A stretch of 62,249 nucleotides of DNA, counting the filler, from Bipalium vagum (lineage: Eukaryota): assembly GCA_037834085.1 (NCBI GenBank). It is 3 parts of 3 records of this genome, joined end to end, with 100 filler letters (N's around TTAATTAATTAA, not from the genome) between each part and the next. Parts side by side here need not be neighbours in the genome. Positions count along the whole stretch, not along the records: positions 44,641 to 62,249 come from JBBMKC010059179.1; 2 more parts are not named here. One strand, written 5' to 3'. Position 1 is the stretch's first letter; every line of letters begins with the position of its first letter. This document shows, piece by piece, positions 55,050 through 62,249 of the stretch. A program made the translations under genes and the position numbers. The notes below the pieces were generated by a model. That model did no database searches and was not told where the DNA came from. It was given only the letters and a program-made list of their open reading frames with translations.

Positions 55050-55520
55050 CTTCTGGTGCTGTATAGTACTACAAGTAATGAAGTCAACATTCTTTTAACA
55101 ATACGTATAGATTTTAGGTCTCATTTCTCTACTCAACCGCCGTTTACATTGAAGCACCTATTCCATCGGTCGGGAATTACATAGAAGCCCAATTCAAAGA
55201 AATGTTGTTCCTTCACGAGAAATTTCGTTATAATTCATTTCATCATCCTTTGAAACAAATTGATATCCTCGCATATGTTTCTTCAATCACTAAGCAATCA
55301 AAAATCACTTTGTGCAAGATTCGAATTTTACATTTCTTCAGTCACATATAGCTTCAAAATGATATTTATATTCGAAAAGACGTTCCACTTGGCACGAAAT
55401 TACGAGACGCAAGACTTCACATGGCTTCTCACTTTCGTTAACTCATTACTTTGACCTTTTCTACTCAATGGAATTTTTTTTGTAGTAATGATATTTTATA
55501 AAAATAACTAGTTTCACTTT
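55050..55520 (-). mobile_element. Mariner C-terminal relic
   Basis: NSNLAQSDF*LLSD*..HMRGYQFVSKDDE resembles YSPDLAPSDF.LF..LK..L.G..F. Confidence 0.55.
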
Positions 55521-58459
55521 ACACATAAGATGAAGATTTCTTTCACAGACCAATTTTCGTCTAACTAGCCACGGAGCTGTTAAAAATTTAGTTATGATTC
55601 GGATTCTTATTTGCTTTTAAGTCGGAGAGTTCTTTTACAATTTTTTATACTTTCAGATAGCAGTGTAAAATAACAGAACTTGGAATATTTAACCTAATTG
55701 TATGTATGTACTTATATATGAATATTATTTTACTTGTAAAACTTTATTTAGGTATCTTCAATATTTCATTATAATATTTCAATATAATCATTAGTAACAT
55801 CTCTCGGTTTGTAATCAATCAGAGAAGACATGTTTTCACTGATTTATTAAGTCCAATGAGTAATCTAAATATTCAAACAATCTGTTATCAAACCATGGGG
55901 TTTTAAAATATCATAAATTAAAAAACCATCTTTAACAATTATTAAAACAATTATTAATTGATTAAATTCTATAATACTTAACACAATATTTAAAACACAG
56001 TACTCTAAACATCAGTTTTAAGTAGGTGTCATTTTAAAAATTTCAATATTAATAAACCAATACATTATAAAAAGATTTTAAAATTAAAAATACCCAATGG
56101 TCTCACGAGCCTTCTTATGTCACAACATATCAGGCTTAGTTAGCTGAAACAGATAATTTATTAAAAAATCCATGATAGTCTAAAAATTTATTTTCTATCC
56201 TACTTTAGGTTATTTGGTCCCTACTTCTTAAGGTCTTAAAATAATCTGTCCATCAATGAGAAAAGTTTTCATTAGTGTAATTGTCAGACTTGTTCTAAAA
56301 TTGTAAGAAGAAACGACGTGTCCCTAGAATTCAATCATTTATTTTATAGAATTATATTTTTTCCCTTAAGCAAAAATATTTTATGTATTGTAATAAATAG
56401 ATTCATTTGAAGAGTATTTTTCCTTAGACAGACAATTCATTCAATAAATAAATCAATTAATTAATCATTTCAAGTAATCAGTCTTTATTTAATTAGTTAA
56501 TAATTAATGATTTTGAGTTAAATAATTATTAATCATTTTTAGTTAGTTAAAACAAAAAATGTTTTAAGACTATTTGAACGTTTGGATAAATAAATAGAAT
56601 TTTCAAACTTTCGTAAAGAGAGAAAATTTGTATTTTTTCATTCATTCATTCATTCATTTAATTTATGAATTATATTGAAATAAAATTATGATATTTAGAA
56701 GAAAACGTTTTTAATTTTCAATAAAATATTTATATAATATAAAAAAATCTGTTATCTTCAATTTTCTTTTCGTTTTTTAGATGTAAATGACATTTCATAG
56801 CAAATGTTGTTATAAATTTGTCATAATTACAAAATTTAAATAAATAAAAACGAAAAATTCAGAGTTTGCATAACAATTTCTGTTTATGAATATTATTCAA
56901 TAATCATTAAAACAAACTGTAATAACTCGTCAAAATCGGAGAAAAATGTTTGCATTCAAATAAATTATTTTTATAATTATTATAATAAATATTATTATCA
57001 AAATTATTTTTATGATTATGATTATAATTATTATGGTAATTATTATAATTATTATTGTTTTTCTATATTTTAACATAATTATATAATTTTAATTTTACTT
57101 CCTTAGTATTTGAATAATTTTTATCATTCCTTATTATTTAATAGATATTTATTCGAAAATTCTGGAATTATAAAGTAAAAAAATTATGTGGTTTTCGATA
57201 ATTTGAAAAATCAATCGAAGGGTTTTAATTTAATGCAAAACCATCATAATATTTTGTTTGTAATCCTTCTTTGTCACTTACAGTTTGACATGATTGGTCC
57301 AGCTTGGTTATGAAACTTGATGACCTTGTATTTTGCAAAACGTAGACTAATTTTATATTCATTTACTGAACTTTTGTCTACAAAGTTAATTTATGGAAAA
57401 ATGCAAGTTTTCTATTGAAGTACAATTTAGAAAAAAGTGTAATTTTCATGATCTGTAAATAATTATAATAATTTGTGGTTTATTTTACTGGACTCAGAGG
57501 TTATCATTTTTAATCAATCATTTCATTATTACTTTAATTATATAAATTAGCAATAGGGTGGGCTGCGAAACACCCTCTTATCTGATTATGATGTTAATTA
57601 ATTAGTTCATTGTTTCTTTGATATATGACCTACAATTACTTACTTTTGGATGTTTTCACACGGACCTACTTGTTTCCCGTAGTTCTTCGTTACTTCCGGT
57701 TTTCAAGGTTTTCCTCATGTGAACTTTGGTTCATTCTAATTTTTTTCTTGATTAATATTTGACCCGTGATTATTTATTACTTAAGATGGTAATACTCAAA
57801 TTAAAGCTTGTGAAGTGTTTGGTGGACCTTATACTATTTTTTTTAATTTGATAAGATTTTTTTCTTCGTTTCGCTAGTTTAATTTCACAATTATAGTCTT
57901 TGCAATTAAGCATTACTTGAACTGTTAAACTCAAATTTTACGATATTTTATTCTACATTTTGGTCTATTTGTTATCGTTCACCCACACCCATTGACATTT
58001 CCCCAACATATTATGAAGTTTGATTATATTACTGAAAGCTAATCCCCACAGAGAGTAGCCGGCTGTTATTTCTGCAAATGAGATCATCACATAATACTTA
58101 TTAGTAAGAATAAATGACTATGAAGAGGAATAACCTTTACCATTCCTACTGAGAGAAATATCAATTTTTACGACCACTGAAAAATTCAGAAAAATCAGAA
58201 ATTATTTGCTGTAAAGAAAACATTTGTCATATCAGATTTTTTATTTAAAAGTAATAATATTATTAATATTTTCATTTCAATCACGCAAAACTTTGGAATA
58301 ATCATGAGTATAAAAGTTAATTAACAGAAGTAATATAAGTGATTTTAGTTAAAAACTGCTGTTTAATGAATAAAGAATATAAAAATGTGTGGCTATTATT
58401 TCTATAATAAGTAAAACTAAATCATTTAGGATTAATTAACATTTTATTTAATTATCTTT

Positions 58460-58840
58460 TTATGAAGATAAATCGAACTCATCTTCATAGTCAAACCATA
58501 TACAAATTAGTTTCGGTTCACGACCACTAGAAGACCTTATACTTATACTACCTTCACCCCATGCAGCATTAATGTTTCGAGTTGCTTCTGATGCATTGTG
58601 GTTAATTTTGAACTCGTATAATATGCGTACTCGAATTTGTTGATCAACCATGCCTAGTAAAAAACGATAAAAAAAACTTTACCTTTAAATTAATATGCTT
58701 ACTTCTATATTTATATTAAAGTTTGAAAGTTACTCTTTAATTTGGTAAATATAAACAAACAATTTATTGTTAACATTTGTGATTAACTTTAATTTGAAAA
58801 ATAATATAAAAAATCCGCAATTTCATACTGGACAACCTAA
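58460..58840 (-). mobile_element. Mariner 5' end with TIR and transposase N-terminus
   Basis: TIR TTAGGTTGTCCAGTATGAAATTGCGGATTT; MVDQQIRVRILYEFKINHNASEATRNINAAWGEG. Confidence 0.85.
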
Positions 58841-61800
58841 TGCATTATAATAGTTGTTCATTTAAATCAATCATTTTCTGCCAATGGTCAGATAAACTAT
58901 GTCATTAACCTAATTATTGTGATCGACGGTTTTCTACAAGCTGTATTTTCCAAAATGGAGAATTTACAAAATCATCCACACATTATGCGTTTGTAGCAGA
59001 TATTTAAATAAATATCATATTGATTTCTTCAGCTGTTATCATTCAACTAAAATCTTTTTTGAGAGAGAAAATATAGAGAACCCGAATCTCATGTTCTGAT
59101 AGTATGTCTTTCATCGGAAAAAATAATATTATTATTATTACCTGATAACATTATAAACAAATTAATAATTTCTTTCCAATATTTAAAACATACACCAAAT
59201 AAAATTCAAATAACAGAATGGTTTTAAAATGGTATCAAATGCCAAATTGTTTATAAATCAGATATTTCACACGAATACACATCGGTATATCATTCATTAT
59301 GAAATAATTACTTAATCGGATATTTCATATATAAAATAAAACAATTTTATTTTAATCAGCCACTAATATGATTGTGATTTCATCAATGTAAAAGAAGAGA
59401 AGATTTGCGCAAAACCTCTGTTATTTATACATATATTTATACATATATATCGGATTGTAGTTGATTAAGTTTGAATGATCTTAGAATTGAATTTATTGAA
59501 TAAATCTAATCATATAGTGAATATGATTTATTTTCTTCAAATTACAGGATTTCTTCATTCTTCATATTGGGTATTTTATATTTCAAAAATAATTCTTTAA
59601 AAGTTACATACTAAACTAAAAAAAAGAAATTCGTTTTCTAAATAATTATTTAAAATATCAAAGTTTTTAACGATTTTTTTTGCAAAATATTTTCAAAATT
59701 TATAATTATTTCCCGAAATCACATAAAAAACAAAAATAAATGAAGGTAAATATTAATAAATTAAATGAGTCACATAAATAAATAAAAATTATATAATTAA
59801 TTCATAATTGTATAAAAATTAAAAAATATAATAATTAGAAAAATAAATAAATATGACATTAATTTTCCAAAATAATAAGACAAAATAAAATATAAAATTA
59901 TTATTAATAAATTAAATAAATAACAATTAATAAAATTAAATCAGTATTTTACAAAAATTCAATAACTAATAATCAATATAACAAATTGATAGTAATATAT
60001 AAATAAAATATAAAATATGAAAATTAAAATAATAAATAAAACCTTTTGTCATACTCATGAAACTGAAAAATATGGATAGAAGGTAATTTGAAGTTATCGA
60101 AAGGTTATCTGCAGATACATAAAAATGTGATGGTTAAATTCAACGTTTTTATCAATCGAATTAATTTAAACAATTTTAAAAGACTAATAGTTTACTATTT
60201 CTTCTATCTCTTAAAAAAGACAATATTCATCAATCTGGGCTTACAGGATAATTATATATTTATCTCTATTTTTCCTAGTATTTTTCCTGCAAAACACCGC
60301 GTTTCTTTTTCGTAATATTGAAGAAAAGCGATTTTACTTATTATCCACAACAAAGTATATTTACAAACAAACAAACGAAGATCCTGAGTATGAAATATTA
60401 ATGAAAATATATTAATTAATATTATAATGAGGTTCCTTTGTGAACTGAATGAGCTGTTGTTCTGCATGAAAGTAATTTAGAATTTAATTCCTACAATTGA
60501 TGAAATATATAAATAAAGAATTTTAATATAACAAAATATGAAATCGGTCACAAATATATATATATATATATAGATTTATTTTGTTGTGTTTTGGGAAATG
60601 ATGGTCTCAGTTATCAGGTGGTAAAAAATTTCATTTTAAAGAGAGGGTTTTCTTAAAAAGAAATAATATATTCAATCAATTTCTCCTACTATTTATAATT
60701 GATTTACATCTTTCAGATAGAGATTTACGGAAAAATCTATGACTTTAGAAAGATTGAAGGTATCAATAACTATCTAGATCTCTTTAACGTTGGTAATACA
60801 GTTAAATCTCTAAGTACAGATTTTTATCTTCGACTGTTTCATAACTCTATATTTTGTAAATATTTATGTACTCTTCACCTGTTCTTTTGTTATGATTGAA
60901 TAAACCAAATTCATACCATGGCGAATAAGCATCATATCAACTTCCATTATCATTATAATAATTATAAGTCAATTTATTTGAGTCGAAAATATTAGTCAAA
61001 CACAATATTATAATTTATAATATCATATACTTAGTGATAGAAACTTTTGCATAATTCTTATAAATAGTGAATGGTAATTTCGATCATACTTCATTTAAGA
61101 TTTTAAAACTTCGTCGTATTCCAATGGTAAATTGTATATTAAACTTTATTTTCAGAGTGATACAATAAATAAAGTCTTAAAAATACAAGGTGATATTGAG
61201 GTTTACGTAACCAGAGAAACCATGAATAAATCAAATTCATCTTCAAATTCATATTGAAGTTAACCTAATCTCAATTAACGATTAACAGGAACGGTTCGTT
61301 CATACACCCGTTAGATTTTATTGTTAAGTTTTCTATAATTATAAAAATATTATAAATTATTATTTATCATATAAAAAAGTAATTTAATTCAAATTATAAT
61401 CTAAAAAGAAAATAATATCGAAAATATTCTTATAATTAAATAATAAATTATAATAAATATTAAGATTATGTACTACATATTTTTCTTATTATTGGTGGTA
61501 ATAAAAAGCATAGTAAAATCTTAATAAAAACGGTAATGACAATAATTAAACTATTTATCAAATATTCTGATTGAACAGAATATAATATGTGAATATAAAC
61601 AAAATTTATAGAAACACCTTTTAACACAGATTTCTCTAATAAATAATCTTTTATATACACATTTATTCATTTATATTATTTTAAAAAATAATATAAAAAG
61701 TAGTGATAAATATATTTAATAAAAAAAATATTAATAAAAAAAATAAATAAAATAAAAAAATAATTTTATTTAGTAATAGTAATGACCATAATAATAATAT

Positions 61801-62249
61801 AATAAAAAGATTAATAAAGAATAATAATAAAAAGAAGAAGAAAAAGAATATTTTTAATAATAAAATAAAATAATAAAATTTTACTGAAATGTGCAAAAGA
61901 TGAAATCCAATTGTTGAAAAAGAATTCTGAATGATTGAAAAACAAACGGAACCCGATATTTTGTTTACGAATATTTGAGAAATGATATTGTAAACAGATT
62001 TGACAGAAGAATGTTAAATCATAACAGAGAAAAATTAAACAGCGATTTATTAATAATATAAATAAAAATATTCTATGTCGTTGTTTAAATGAGCAAACTA
62101 AAGAGAGATTGTTATTATTGTGTTTTTGCACTGACAAATTCATTGGAAAATGAATAATGATAATAATAATGAATAATAAAAGGTGAGAAATGAAATCCCA
62201 GACATTATCCTCAAAAATTATCTAATTACAGAGTATTAATTTTAAATTT

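Noticed and set aside
60717-61258. Two plus-strand exon-like blocks (IEIYGKIYDFRKIE; SDTINKVLKIQGD...)
   Set aside because: Phases are incompatible and no homology is recognisable.

Overview
This is a very AT-rich eukaryotic (animal) genomic window, not a prokaryotic one. It has GT-AG introns as short as 42-51 nt, AAT/TAT microsatellites and many decayed transposons. A planarian-type flatworm is my inference and cannot be proven from the sequence. Two host genes are well supported: a class A (rhodopsin-like) GPCR at the 5' end (+), and a complete six-exon PIGO/GPI13 gene (-, 1013 aa by manual splicing). One clear cadherin-repeat exon (47472-47694, -) plus phase-compatible orphan minus-strand exons (30381-30540, 24876-24923, 6122-6219) suggests a long gene that may host PIGO in an intron. 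The rest is a graveyard of elements: more than 12 mariner relics, DUF4817-type and DD37D/maT Tc1-like relics, a pogo/BrkDBD element, Merlin, a Penelope GIY-YIG relic, two convergent LTR gag relics and a probable Polinton-type PolB relic. Two identical 100-bp N44-TTAATTAATTAA-N44 spacers are artificial joins, so any claim crossing 24.2 kb or 44.5 kb is provisional. I found no prokaryotic-style novel system. All family calls come from motif recognition by eye; no database search was run.
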